64,000 bases of DNA from positions 3,823 through 67,822 of the forward strand of contig DASZDK010000063.1 in NCBI GenBank assembly GCA_035942035.1. The letters run 5' to 3'. A program made the position numbers and the translations under genes. Shown here one piece after another: positions 8,802 through 18,611 of the stretch. A model generated the notes under the pieces. It was not told where the DNA came from. It worked only from the letters and a program-made list of their open reading frames with translations, and did no database searches. How positions within the stretch are numbered: position 1 is the stretch's first letter; the number at the start of each line of letters is the position of its first letter. The DNA is from Acidimicrobiales bacterium (GTDB taxonomy: Bacteria; Actinomycetota; Acidimicrobiia; Acidimicrobiales; CADCSY01).

Positions 8802-10278
8802 GTACGGATGCTACGCCCATGGGACGCCAGGCGAGGATGGCGCCCACGAGCAGGAGGGCACCGCCGGTGGCGGCCAACGGCCAGCGAGGCCCCTGCGCTT
8901 CGGTCACCTCGACGGCGGCCATCGCCAGGTCCTGGATGTTGGTGGCCACCGAGCCTCTGGTGGTGTCGGCCCAGAACGAAAGCGCCCGGTCCTCTTGCGA
9001 GACCACGGCCAACTGGCTCCCCAGCTGGGGAAGGTCCTGGGCACTCCCGAAGCCGATGCGGGAGTCGAACGCCGTGGCCGACACGGTGGTGGCGACGAAG
9101 GTGGTCGCCCCGTCGTTAGAGGAGGCCAGCGTCACCTCGGCCAGCACGTCGGCGGGATCGGCACTGCGGTCGTAGAACGCCACGTCGACCCGGCCGCCGG
9201 GCGCCACCCCCACCGCCGGCAGGTACTGAGCACCAGGTCGAGGAAGCACGGCTCGAGCAGGTGACCACGTCTGCCCTGCGTCGTCGGAGTGGGCGAGGAA
9301 CACGTCGCGGGAGTCGGCCCGGCCCTCGTCCCAGACCGAGTAGAGGCGCCCCGACCCCATGTCCCAGGCGAACCCGGGGGTGGGGCCGAGGTTCACGATG
9401 ATGCGCGACGGCGGCACCACACCGTCGGCCACCACGGCAGCCGGACCGAAGGTGGCTCCTCGATCGTCGGACGTCCATGAGACCACCCGCCACGGCTCAT
9501 CGCTCGGTGGTCCTCCCTGCCCACCGTGGCGTGCCTCGTAGTCGGAGTGGTCAGCGCCGAGGTCGAGGGCGCCGATCACGACCCGGCCGCCCGGCCCGAA
9601 CAGCACCGTGGGCTGAAGCAGCAGGCGGTCGTCGGCGCTGACCTTCACCGGCGACCCGAAGCTCCGGCCACCGTCATCAGACCGGGCCAGAACGACCGGG
9701 TTGGGCGGTGGAGGAAAGCCGAGCGGGACCTCCGCCGCCGCCGGTCCAGCCTGTACCCAGGTCACCAACACCCGCGTGCCCTCGGTCGCCAGCCGAGCAT
9801 GGAACGCCTCGGGCCCGGCCACGACCACCGGTGCCCCCTCGGGTTGGTCCTCCCGAAAGCGATGGAGCCACACCCCGACCGGCTGGTTGAACCGTCCACC
9901 GGTGGCGGTACTGAGCACGAGCAGGTCGCCGGTGTCGGTGAAGGCGACGTCGGGGGCGTGGCAGTTCGGCTGTTCGGGAGCGAGGGGCAGGGGCAGGGAT
10001 TCCCATGTCACCCCACCGTTGGTGGACCGCCAGATCGAGCAGGAGAACCGGGGCGTGTCGATGCGATCCGCCACCACCAGGACCTCGGGACGTCGAGGAT
10101 GGACCGCCACCGCCGGCGAGTTGTGGGCGGCGATGCCGGGACGGTCCAAGTTGACGACGACGGTGTTGCCCCGTTCCAGGGCGGCGGGGCGAGGCTGAAC
10201 CGCCACCACGACGAGTACGACGCCGGCGACCGCCGCCAGCACGCCGCCGAGCGCCCGCCTGTTCCTCCACCGCTCCAC
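8692..10278 (-). CDS. BNR/Asp-box repeat beta-propeller protein with N- and C-terminal TM anchors (paralog 2)
   Basis: Five Asp-box motifs: STNGGVTW, SDDGGRSF, SDDRGATF, SDDAGQTW, SNDGATTF. GTG start at 10278. The last 110 nt overlap the start of the CooC-like gene out of frame. Confidence 0.85.
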   Translation of the reverse strand: MERWRNRRALGGVLAAVAGVVLVVVAVQPRPAALERGNTVVVNLDRPGIAAHNSPAVAVHPRRPEVLVVADRIDTPRFSCSIWRSTNGGVTWESLPLPLAPEQPNCHAPDVAFTDTGDLLVLSTATGGRFNQPVGVWLHRFREDQPEGAPVVVAGPEAFHARLATEGTRVLVTWVQAGPAAAEVPLGFPPPPNPVVLARSDDGGRSFGSPVKVSADDRLLLQPTVLFGPGGRVVIGALDLGADHSDYEARHGGQGGPPSDEPWRVVSWTSDDRGATFGPAAVVADGVVPPSRIIVNLGPTPGFAWDMGSGRLYSVWDEGRADSRDVFLAHSDDAGQTWSPARAVLPRPGAQYLPAVGVAPGGRVDVAFYDRSADPADVLAEVTLASSNDGATTFVATTVSATAFDSRIGFGSAQDLPQLGSQLAVVSQEDRALSFWADTTRGSVATNIQDLAMAAVEVTEAQGPRWPLAATGGALLLVGAILAWRPMGVASVHAHRHLRQGRRGQDQHRGGVVPAPRPRRPPRRRRRL

Positions 10279-10476
10279 CGAAAGATCGTCCCACGAAACT
10301 CCTACCGAGCCAGTCGAGCCAACCGCGTTCGCTGGGTGACGATGCCGGCACCATCGCCGCCGAACGGCATGAACTCCGGTTGCCGGGTGCCATCACGAGG
10401 GGGAGGAGGGCGCGCATGGGCGGGCGGGCGTCGCTGCCGGGCACACGTCTGAGCCCGGGCTGCCAGGAGTGAGCCC

Positions 10477-10968
10477 GTGGCTTCTCGTGACGTCGAACGC
10501 AACTATTCCGTCACCCAGGTCGCCGGCGAGCGCACGTGTGTGCCGAAGAGCGCCTCCATCAGCGTGGAGCACGAGCGAGACGACGACGAAGAAGAGGTCG
10601 AGTTCCAGCTCAAGTGGCAGCTCGCCGAGGTGGACGACCAGGACGAGACGGACGGGCGGCGAGACGGCGGTCGGACCCGGCGGTCCCGTGTAGGTTACAT
10701 AACGAGGATTATCGGCGGCGGTCTCCAGGAGTTGCATCGGCCGAAGAACCAGGGCCCCATGTTCGGCCTGTACGTCACGGCAACGACCCCCACACACGCG
10801 CCCCTGCCATCTGCTGCGGGGCTGCTGCTCGTTCGGCGCAGCGAGAGGTACTTACGTCGCCGCGGTCCCCAAGTCGTGCAGCTGTTCGCCGACGTCGGTC
10901 AGTGGTGCCTGTTTGTACTCGGAGCGCGGTCGTGCTGCTCACCCTGCTCGACGTCACATGGACCGTGA
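10477..10968 (+). CDS. Hypothetical acidic protein; coding signal is convincing only for about the first 70 codons
   Basis: High GC3 and an acidic run (EHERDDDEEEVEF..EVDDQDETD) up to about 10690. Codon bias then decays. Confidence 0.25.
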   Translation: MASRDVERNYSVTQVAGERTCVPKSASISVEHERDDDEEEVEFQLKWQLAEVDDQDETDGRRDGGRTRRSRVGYITRIIGGGLQELHRPKNQGPMFGLYVTATTPTHAPLPSAAGLLLVRRSERYLRRRGPQVVQLFADVGQWCLFVLGARSCCSPCSTSHGP

Positions 10969-11186
10969 TCGCCGCTGCGGTCGGCCGGGACCGCTTCTCC
11001 CGACTCATCACGAAAGCGGTACAGGGTAAGCAAGAGTGATCGGTGCCTTAGAGTTCACCCGGCTTCATCCGGCATGCTTGCGCAGCGCCGACCTCTGTGA
11101 CTCATCGCTGCATCTGATCGAGTCGGAAGCTGAAGGGAGGAAACAGTGTCGGAAATGGGCGAGGACTGGCGGAGGGGTGGACTGAG

Positions 11187-12197
11187 ATGACAGAGCACGA
11201 AGGTCGCAACACCGGACCACCCCGAGGGGCAAGACGAGCCAATGAGGCTACGAACAGTCCGACCGATGACCAGGCTCCCAAGAAGCCGGCGGACCTGGAG
11301 AAGCAGTCGTGGTGGGCGGTCCTCAAGCGCACGGTGCTCGAGTTCAAAGAGGACAATGTCACCGACTGGGCGGCGGCACTGACGTACTACGGGGTGCTCG
11401 CCATCTTCCCGGCCATCCTCGCTCTCGTCTCCATCCTCGGCCTCGTGGGCTCGTCCGCCACCCAGCCCCTGATCGACAACGTGGGCAAGGTGGCGCCGGG
11501 TCCGGCGAAGGACATCGTCACGGGCGCCATCCAGAACCTGCAGAAGAGCCAAGGTGCGGCGGGGGTCCTCTTCATCGTCGGCCTCGTCGCCGCCCTTTGG
11601 TCCGCGTCCGGCTACGTCGCCGCCTTCATGCGCGCCTCCAACGCAATCTACGACGTCGAGGAGGGAAGGCCGATCTGGAAGAAGGGCCCAGTTCGCCTCG
11701 GCGTGACCCTCGTGCTGCTGGTCCTGCTGGCCATCAGCGCGCTTGCTGTGGTTCTCACCGGTGGCCTGGCCGACCAGGTGGGGAAGCTCCTCGGCATCGG
11801 CTCGACGGTGGTGACGGTGTGGGACATCGTCAAGTGGCCGGTACTGCTGGTGATCGTCAGCTTCATGTTCGCCATCCTGTACTGGGCGTCGCCCAACGTG
11901 AAGCAGCCAGGATTTCGCTGGGTCAGCCCCGGTGGTGTGGTCGCGGTCGTGTTATGGGTCGTCGCCTCGGCGCTGTTCGCCTTCTACGTCGCCAACTTCG
12001 GCTCCTACAACAAGACCTACGGTGCCCTGGGCGGCGTCATCATCTTCTTGATCTGGTTGTGGATCTCGAACATCGCCGTCCTGCTCGGCGCCGAGTTCAA
12101 TGCCGAGCTCGAACGAAGTCGCCAGATCGAAGCTGGCCACCCCCCGGACAAGGAGCCGTTCTTGGAGCCACGCGACACGCGGAAGATGAAGGGGTAG
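11187..12197 (+). CDS. YihY/BrkB (ribonuclease BN-like) family membrane protein
   Basis: WWAVLKRTVLEFKEDNVTDWAAALTYYGVLAIFPAILALVSILG plus multiple TM helices. Confidence 0.9.
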   Translation: MTEHEGRNTGPPRGARRANEATNSPTDDQAPKKPADLEKQSWWAVLKRTVLEFKEDNVTDWAAALTYYGVLAIFPAILALVSILGLVGSSATQPLIDNVGKVAPGPAKDIVTGAIQNLQKSQGAAGVLFIVGLVAALWSASGYVAAFMRASNAIYDVEEGRPIWKKGPVRLGVTLVLLVLLAISALAVVLTGGLADQVGKLLGIGSTVVTVWDIVKWPVLLVIVSFMFAILYWASPNVKQPGFRWVSPGGVVAVVLWVVASALFAFYVANFGSYNKTYGALGGVIIFLIWLWISNIAVLLGAEFNAELERSRQIEAGHPPDKEPFLEPRDTRKMKG

Positions 12198-12640
12198 GGC
12201 TCGATGGCGGCGGCCACGTTGCGGTTCGAAAGGTCGTCGGTGTCGCGGTCGCCGGTGGGATGTGGCAGGCCCGGCTGCGCCCCCACGGGAGCACCGTGGC
12301 CGGGACGAGCGCTGCGTTCCGCGACGCGTTCCTAGTCCTCTCCTGCTTCGGTTTCCTCGCCATGCTCTCGCCTCCTGGGCACGGCGCGACACGAAACCGG
12401 TGGCGGCTCGGGCATCCGGCGAACGACCCGTTCGCCGCGCCACCGAGACCACCGAGACCGGTGACGAAGCACCACCAGAGGGACCCCTGAGCTCGCTGAA
12501 TCGCCCGGCCGCAGTCCCGGCTTCAGTGGAGGACGACGACCTGGCCCAGCCCAGCACCCGGCGGGCTGCGTCCAACTCCTGCTCCCGCACCGCACCGAGG
12601 TCGGGAACGGTCACAGCCTCCCTTTCGTCGTGGCGGCTGC

Positions 12641-13459
12641 ATGGTGCAGGATCACCGGTGCTATCACCTCGGCATGGGGATCTTCTCCCGCCGGCTGCGT
12701 GACCACGGCCAGCCCCGCTCCCCCAACGGGGCCTCCTCCATGCACCTGTGGTGGGAGTTGCCCGGCCGCCTGGTCGAGGTGGCCGCCACCCTCGAGGTGG
12801 TCGTCCCGCCGGCGGTGCCCCGCCTGTACTTCTGGGCCCTCCAGGCGGGCTTCGACGACGGGCGGCGCCACCGGGGTGGGGCACACCTCGGCCTGCAGGC
12901 CCATCCTTCGCACCCGGGAGGGACGGCGGTCAACTGGGGCGGGTACCGGGCGGCGGCTGACGGCGGCGGCGAGCTGGCCGGCTCGACGTCGCAGCTGGCC
13001 AGCGCCACGGACAACCCCAACACTCGGGACTTTTCGTGGGTGGCGCAACGGCGGTATCGGCTCCGCATCCTGGCCGCAGACCGGCACGGTTCCCCTCGAT
13101 GGCGAGGAGAGGTCACCGACCTGGCCACCGGGACGGCGACGGTCGTGCGCGACCTGGACGTGCCCGGTCGCTTCCTGGTCCAGCCCGTGGTGTGGTCCGA
13201 GGTCTTCGCCCGGTGCGACCACCCGACCGCCGCCGTGCGCTGGAGCGACCTGCGGGCGCGTGCCGCCGACCACCGCGAGCTGGAACCCACCGCCGTGCGG
13301 GTCTCGTACCAGTCCCGGGCCGAGGGCGGATGCGACAACACCACCGCCGCCATCGACGGTGACGGCGTGGTCCAGGTGACCAACGTCGAACGCAGGATCA
13401 GGCCCGGCACTGCCATCACCTGGCCACCCGACGGCGGCCCGGCTCAGCTGCCCAGGTAG
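12641..13459 (+). CDS. Hypothetical protein (start uncertain; ATG 12674 is also possible)
   Basis: Balanced composition with W/F/Y-rich beta-like segments (LYFWALQAGF, VNWGGY). No family recognised. Confidence 0.6.
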   Translation: MVQDHRCYHLGMGIFSRRLRDHGQPRSPNGASSMHLWWELPGRLVEVAATLEVVVPPAVPRLYFWALQAGFDDGRRHRGGAHLGLQAHPSHPGGTAVNWGGYRAAADGGGELAGSTSQLASATDNPNTRDFSWVAQRRYRLRILAADRHGSPRWRGEVTDLATGTATVVRDLDVPGRFLVQPVVWSEVFARCDHPTAAVRWSDLRARAADHRELEPTAVRVSYQSRAEGGCDNTTAAIDGDGVVQVTNVERRIRPGTAITWPPDGGPAQLPR

Positions 13460-13857
13460 GTGAACCGCACCCGCCGTTGGGGGTTGTCGGCGTTGAGGTC
13501 GACGAGCACCACCCGTTGCCACGTGCCGAGCAGCGGACGACCTTCACCCACCGGGAGCACCACTGAGGGGCTCACCACCACGGGCAAGAGGTGGTCCGCC
13601 CCGTGCCCGAGAGAACCGTGGCTGTGGCGGTACCGGTCGTCCCGCGGCAGAACCCGCTCGAGCAGCTCGAGCAGATCGGGCTCGGACCCCGAGCCCGTCT
13701 CCATGAGCGCCAGGCCGGCGGTGGCGTGAGGGGCGAACACGCTGAGCAGCCCGTCCCCTCGGTCCCCGCAGAAGCGGACGATCTCCTCGGTCAGGTCGAG
13801 GACCTTCTCGCTACTGGTGTCGAGGGTGATCTCGGTGCTCTCGAAGCTCGTCTCCAT
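13444..13857 (-). CDS. YjbQ/UPF0047 family protein (secondary thiamine-phosphate synthase-like)
   Basis: The pattern LLSVFAPHATAGL..E......D........P......H......GHGADHL matches the family as I recall it. Confidence 0.88.
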   Translation of the reverse strand: METSFESTEITLDTSSEKVLDLTEEIVRFCGDRGDGLLSVFAPHATAGLALMETGSGSEPDLLELLERVLPRDDRYRHSHGSLGHGADHLLPVVVSPSVVLPVGEGRPLLGTWQRVVLVDLNADNPQRRVRFTYLGS

Positions 13858-13898
13858 CTCGTCCAGCTTGTCATCCCGGCCCGATAGCGTGGGCGCCC

Positions 13899-15560
13899 GT
13901 GTCCAGCAGGATCGATGTCGAGCTGACCAGCGAACGCCCCGACGGCACCTGGACCTGGCGCGCCGCCGGTGCCCGCCAGCCCAAGGGGGTCCTCGACGGG
14001 TCGTTGCTGCCCGAAAAGACCAAGGTCGGTGACGTGATCCGCGCCGAGGCCGACTTCGACGTCGACGGCATCACCGTTACGGCCGTGCTCCCGCCTCGGT
14101 CCACGCGGCGCGAGCCACAGCGCATCGAGATCCTCGGCCCGCCACCTGAGGAGCGGCCCCCCGCCGGGCGTGCCGACCCCACCCGACACCCGAAGGGACG
14201 CGGGCCCGAGCGGCCGCGCCCTCCCCGTCCGGCCGACGGAGACCGACGCCGCCCGGACCGCGACGGTGAACGGCGCCGGCGCCCCGACCAGCGGCCGTCT
14301 CGGCGGGACACGGTGACGCAGGCGCCCTCGGCGCCGGCCCGACCCAAGCCGAAGAAGCTCCGTCCCGGACGTGCCCACCGCGACGCCGTGCTGGCTGAGC
14401 TGCCTCCCGAGCAGCACCCGATCGCCGTCCAGGTCCTGCGCGGAGGCATCCCGGCGGTGCGAACCGCACTCGAGGAGCAGAACGCCAAGGCCCGCAAGGA
14501 GGGACTGCCCGAAGCGCCGAACAACGCCGTGCTGGCCATCGCCGAGCGGCTGCTCCCCCGCCTCCGCGTCGCCGAGTGGCTCGACCGAGCGGAAGCGGCC
14601 CTGGCCGACGCCGACGACCTGGCCCTGCGCGACCTGCGCTCGGTGGTGGTCAGCGCCGACGACGTCGCCCGGGACCCCAGCACCCGGGAGGCAGCGGCCC
14701 GCCTGCGGGAGATCCTCGAACGACGGACGACAGCCGAGCATCAGGAGTGGCTCGCCGACCTGTGCGGGTCTCTCGAGTCGGGCCGGGTGGTACGGGCACT
14801 GCGCCTGTCGTCCCGCCCACCGCAACCCGGTGACCACCTCCCCCCGGAGGTGATCACCCGCCTGGCCGAGGCCGCGGGCGCGGCGATGACCGCCGATGCC
14901 GGCCCAGAGCGATGGGCAACCGTGCTCGATGCGGTGGCGTACTCCGCAGTGCGCCGCAACGTCACACCCGCCGGTGTCCCATCGGAGCCGGGCGAGGAGC
15001 TGCTGGCCCTGGTGCGCAAGCACGCAGGGCGCGTGCCGGGCATCGCCCAGCTCTTCGGGGTGGAGCCGACGACCGAGCGCAGCGGCCCCAAGCGTCGGGG
15101 GAGCTCGGCCGACCGGGCGCCCAAGCACCGGGGCCGCCAGCAATCGGAGCCTCCGTCCAAAGAAGGAGGGCCGGCGACCCGACCGCGGCGCATTCCCCCT
15201 CCGCCAGCATCCGAGGCGCCCGTGGCCGGGAGCCCCGTGGCCGAGCCGGCGCCGCCGACGACCTCGCCGGCCGATCCTCCTGCGGGTGCGGCCGTTCCTC
15301 CCGCCGGCGTGGCTCCCGCGACCGAGGCCCCCACGACCGAGCCCTCGGGTGACGCGCCCGCCACCGAGTCGCCCGCTGCGCCCGACGCGGCCGCCACCGA
15401 GTGGCCTGCCCCTGACGGGGCCACCCCCGAGCCGGTGGCTGAGCCGGTAGGCGAACCGGCTCCCGATCAGCCCCCGCCGGCGAGTGCCACCGCCGTCGAT
15501 CCCCTCACCAGGCGCGACCGCTCGGACCCCGACGGGCCCGCCCCGCCGACATCCACGTGA
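13899..15560 (+). CDS. Conserved hypothetical protein with an Arg-rich linker and Pro/Ala-rich C-terminal tail
   Basis: Long ORF with good GC3: a beta-rich N-domain, a helical middle and a low-complexity PAPE tail. Confidence 0.75.
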   Translation: MSSRIDVELTSERPDGTWTWRAAGARQPKGVLDGSLLPEKTKVGDVIRAEADFDVDGITVTAVLPPRSTRREPQRIEILGPPPEERPPAGRADPTRHPKGRGPERPRPPRPADGDRRRPDRDGERRRRPDQRPSRRDTVTQAPSAPARPKPKKLRPGRAHRDAVLAELPPEQHPIAVQVLRGGIPAVRTALEEQNAKARKEGLPEAPNNAVLAIAERLLPRLRVAEWLDRAEAALADADDLALRDLRSVVVSADDVARDPSTREAAARLREILERRTTAEHQEWLADLCGSLESGRVVRALRLSSRPPQPGDHLPPEVITRLAEAAGAAMTADAGPERWATVLDAVAYSAVRRNVTPAGVPSEPGEELLALVRKHAGRVPGIAQLFGVEPTTERSGPKRRGSSADRAPKHRGRQQSEPPSKEGGPATRPRRIPPPPASEAPVAGSPVAEPAPPTTSPADPPAGAAVPPAGVAPATEAPTTEPSGDAPATESPAAPDAAATEWPAPDGATPEPVAEPVGEPAPDQPPPASATAVDPLTRRDRSDPDGPAPPTST

Positions 15561-15572
15561 CCCCCCCGAGGC

Positions 15573-16055
15573 TCAGCTGACGTTGAGGGATGCCGCCTTG
15601 TTGGGCGGTGCGGTGCCCGGCGTGTGCAGGTAGCTCTCCACCGAGGCCAGGCCGGGGACCTCCGCCACCACCTTCTGCACCTCGTCGATGTGGTCGGCAT
15701 CATCGACCTGGCCCCGCAGCGTGGCAGCGCCTCCTACCACGTCGACCTTGACGTCACTGGTCGAGAATTCGAGTCCGGAGAACGCCTGCTTGATGGCGTG
15801 CAGGATGTCGGTGTCGTCCTCCGGGGTGAACTCCCCGGCTCCGGCAGAACGGGCGGCAGCGCCCTCCAGTTTGCCCTCGGCATAGCGCATACGGGCCTCG
15901 GTCTCTCGCTGACGCCGGCGGAGCGCGGCGGCCGCCTGGTCCTTGGTGCGGCTGCGGCGTGACCGGCCGCGGTCGGGATCGAAGAAATAGGCGCCGGCGG
16001 CTCCGAGCGCCCCGGCGACCAGTGCGGTCAGACCCTTTCCGGTTCGTCGGGCCAT
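15573..16055 (-). CDS. BON domain-containing (OsmY-like) protein
   Basis: GAGGAGGA Shine-Dalgarno before ATG 16055. N-terminal TM/YtxH-like segment, and a C-terminal BON-like segment VKVDVVGGAATLRGQVDD...VAEVPGL. Confidence 0.8.
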   Translation of the reverse strand: MARRTGKGLTALVAGALGAAGAYFFDPDRGRSRRSRTKDQAAAALRRRQRETEARMRYAEGKLEGAAARSAGAGEFTPEDDTDILHAIKQAFSGLEFSTSDVKVDVVGGAATLRGQVDDADHIDEVQKVVAEVPGLASVESYLHTPGTAPPNKAASLNVS

Positions 16056-16129
16056 TGGGGTCCTCCTCTTGTCGATGGCTCCATCGCGCCTACCCACTCT
16101 GCCGCGCCGCTGACACGCGCCAGGGCGGT

Positions 16130-16537
16130 TCAGGCGATGACGTCGAGAATGCCGTGAACGTGGAGGAACTCGGCCATCCCCTCCACCAGCTGCAGCTCGG
16201 CCACCTCGCCGAGGGGCACCCACGCCGCCTCCGCGGCGTCGTCCCCGGCGACTGGGTCCGTGCCCTCCAGCACCTCCACGGCGAAATCGAGGATCACGAA
16301 GTGATGGTCGTCGTCGATGCGCTCCACCCAATCGATGAGCGACCCGCACACGCCTTCGATTCCCGTCTCCTCGGCCAGCTCGCGCACCACGGCCTCGGCG
16401 AGGGTCTCCCCCGGGCCCACCCGGCCCCCGGGCACCGACCACTGGCCCGCCGCCGGCCCCCTCCCCCGGCGCACCAGCAGCAGGCGGCCAGCGTCGACGG
16501 CCACGGCGCCGACGCAGACCTGCGGCGGAGGCGTCAC
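16130..16537 (-). CDS. NUDIX hydrolase
   Basis: Nudix box [24 protein letters not shown]. Confidence 0.9.
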   Translation of the reverse strand: MTPPPQVCVGAVAVDAGRLLLVRRGRGPAAGQWSVPGGRVGPGETLAEAVVRELAEETGIEGVCGSLIDWVERIDDDHHFVILDFAVEVLEGTDPVAGDDAAEAAWVPLGEVAELQLVEGMAEFLHVHGILDVIA

Positions 16538-16547
16538 GGCCGGCAGC

Positions 16548-17036
16548 TCACGCCGGATCGGCGGCGAGGTCCACCAGCCGCCGGTGCACGATGATGGCCC
16601 GGGCGGTGAAGCCGAAGGTCTCGAAGAAGTTCTTGGTGTCCCGGTTGCCGGGAAGGGCCACGGCGTCGACGCCGCAGCACCCGTGCCCGCCGCACCAGCT
16701 CAGCACCTCCCCGATGAGTGCCTCGCCCACCCCCACGCTGCGGGCACCGGGCTCCACGAACAGATCGGTCACCACGCCCAGCAGGTCACCGCTGCGCAGC
16801 CGCTCGAGGCGGACGCCGGCGTACCCCACCACCACCTCGTCGATGGTGCCGGCCAGGAGCAGCTGGCCGTCGTCGTCGAGGCTCTCCTGCAGCGACGCCA
16901 AGGCCGGCAGCGGACGGGTTTCCCGAGACGCCCAGATGACGCCGCCCCGCTCGCCGGCCTGCTCGGCCACGGCCTCCCCGGCCAGCCGGGCCAAGGTCGC
17001 CAGGTCGTCGCAGGTGGCAAGGCGGGCGCCTTCCAC
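16548..17036 (-). CDS. GNAT family N-acetyltransferase
   Basis: Acetyl-CoA-binding-like segment [15 protein letters not shown], with typical size and layout. Confidence 0.85.
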   Translation of the reverse strand: MEGARLATCDDLATLARLAGEAVAEQAGERGGVIWASRETRPLPALASLQESLDDDGQLLLAGTIDEVVVGYAGVRLERLRSGDLLGVVTDLFVEPGARSVGVGEALIGEVLSWCGGHGCCGVDAVALPGNRDTKNFFETFGFTARAIIVHRRLVDLAADPA

Positions 17037-17588
17037 CTACCGGCCCTGGAGCTGGGCGATCTTGTTCAGGATGGTCTTGCGACCCCGGTGGGCCTGCTCA
17101 TAGGCCCGTACGGCCTCCAGCTCGTCGTTCGACAAGCTCGAGAGCCGGGGCAGCACCTGGGACGCCGAGAGTGAGTCGTAGTCGGGGATGGCCAACGCGG
17201 CAGCAGCCGGCCCGTTCCCGGTACGAGGCACCGGAGGAGCGGCGGGAGCAACGATCGGCCCATCGGGCGGGGGCGGAGGCGGACTCGTCGCCGGCGTCGA
17301 GGACGCCGCAGGGCCCGGGCTGGGTTCGGAGTGGTCGAGCACGCCGAGTTGCTCGAGCGTGGCCTGGGCCGAGGCCACGGCGTGCTCCAGGGCCTTCTCT
17401 GCCTGGGACCGTCCCTGGGACACCGCCATCTGCCCGACCATGCGGGCCACGCCGACTTGAGGGTCGACCTGGCGGCGACCCCGCTCGACGAGCCCGGGTA
17501 CCAGGTCGCGCGCTGAGAGCGCCAGACCCACGGGTGCGTAGACGAAGAGCTCCACCACGCGGTCGAGCGGAGACTTGGAGTCGTTCAC
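17037..17588 (-). CDS. Hypothetical protein with a Pro-rich linker and a C-terminal HeH/Rho-N-like motif
   Basis: GGAAGGA Shine-Dalgarno before GTG 17588. C-terminus reads DYDSLSASQVLPRLSSLSNDELEAVRAYEQAHRGRKTILNKI. Confidence 0.65.
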   Translation of the reverse strand: MNDSKSPLDRVVELFVYAPVGLALSARDLVPGLVERGRRQVDPQVGVARMVGQMAVSQGRSQAEKALEHAVASAQATLEQLGVLDHSEPSPGPAASSTPATSPPPPPPDGPIVAPAAPPVPRTGNGPAAAALAIPDYDSLSASQVLPRLSSLSNDELEAVRAYEQAHRGRKTILNKIAQLQGR

Positions 17589-17656
17589 AGCAATGATCCT
17601 TCCCGATCTTCCCGATCCACGAAAGTCAGCGTGCGGCCGGGCAAGCGGCACGGAGA

Positions 17657-18175
17657 TCAGACGCAGTCCCGGCACAAGAGCACTTCGCCCTCGGCCAGCT
17701 GGCTGGGGTGCTTCACGAGGAAGCACGACTGGCACACGAACTCCCCGGGCGCCCGGGGGCGCACCTTACCGCCCTCGACCTTCTCCTCGGTCTCGGGAAC
17801 CTCGTCCTCCTCGTCGTCCTCCTCGTCGTCGGCGACGACCAGACGGTCCTTTAGAATGGTGTCGAGGTCGGCCTCCACGTCGTCGGGGTCGGGCTCGTCG
17901 TCGTCGTCGTCCCCACCGTCCTCCTCGTCGCCGGCAGGCTCGGCCACCTTGGCCTTGCCCCGCTTCGTCGGAGGCGGTTTGACGACGCTGTCCTCGTCGG
18001 ACTCCTCGTCGTGGTCGTCGGCGAACTCCGCGTCTGGGAACTCCTCGACACTCTCATCGTCGTCGTCGTCGAGAACCTCGTCGTCGTCGAGAACGTCCTC
18101 GTCGTCGAGGGCGTCCTCGTCGTCGGGCGCGTCCAGGCTCTCGTCGGTCTGGTCGTCGTCGAGATCGTCGGCCAT
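17657..18175 (-). CDS. DUF4193 family protein (hyper-acidic N-terminus, C-terminal CxxC..CxxC zinc ribbon)
   Basis: GAAGGAG Shine-Dalgarno before ATG 18175. Asp/Glu runs, then FVCQSCFLVKHPSQL..LLCRDC. Confidence 0.85.
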   Translation of the reverse strand: MADDLDDDQTDESLDAPDDEDALDDEDVLDDDEVLDDDDDESVEEFPDAEFADDHDEESDEDSVVKPPPTKRGKAKVAEPAGDEEDGGDDDDDEPDPDDVEADLDTILKDRLVVADDEEDDEEDEVPETEEKVEGGKVRPRAPGEFVCQSCFLVKHPSQLAEGEVLLCRDCV

Positions 18176-18550
18176 GGCTCCTTCGATGGCAAGAGGCGTG
18201 CGAGCGGAAGAACCGACGGCGGACTCTATCCATTCCCGGCCCGTGTTCGTCCATCCGGGCGCTGCACCACGGCCACGTCGGCGCCCCACCGGCTCGGCGG
18301 GGCGCCAGGAGCCGCAGGGGACCGGCGAGAAGGGTGCCCAGCGAGCCTTTGGGGCCGTCGACCATCCCGAACCGTCGCGGAGAGGCAATGCCTCTCTGTG
18401 ACGAACCGGCGCCTGAGACGTTTGCTACTGAGCTCGCTGGGCTACCCCGCCCAGGCCTTCTCCTCGGCCACCCGAGTAAAAGAAGGCCTGACCTTCTTGC
18501 CACGCCCCCGGGCGGCGTGTCAACCGACGGTGCCGAGCCAAACCATGACG

Positions 18551-18584
18551 CTGACCAGCCTCGACGCGCGTCGAGGCTGGTCAG
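18551..18584. terminator. Long perfect inverted repeat (16-bp arms) just downstream of the LysM/SLT gene
   Basis: CTGACCAGCCTCGACG-CG-CGTCGAGGCTGGTCAG with an A6/T6 tract beside it. Confidence 0.45.
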
Positions 18585-18611
18585 GGCAGGCAGAAAAAAC
18601 CTGTATCGGGA

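Noticed and set aside
12198-12640. 440-nt gap after yihY containing a 9-bp tandem duplication (CACCGAGAC x2 near 12448) and a minus-strand AAAGGGAGG-GTG start context near 12610
   Set aside because: Neither strand gives a protein-like translation (all are Arg/Ser/Pro-rich), and the repeat has only two copies. I left it unannotated as a possible UTR or decayed DNA.
18176-18611. 435-nt region upstream of the DUF4193 gene, checked for sRNA, 6C-like C-rich loops or small ORFs
   Set aside because: It contains only generic GC hairpins (for example GAGAGGC-AAT-GCCTCTC near 18381..18399) plus the terminator-like palindrome at 18551..18584. I recognised no conserved RNA motif.
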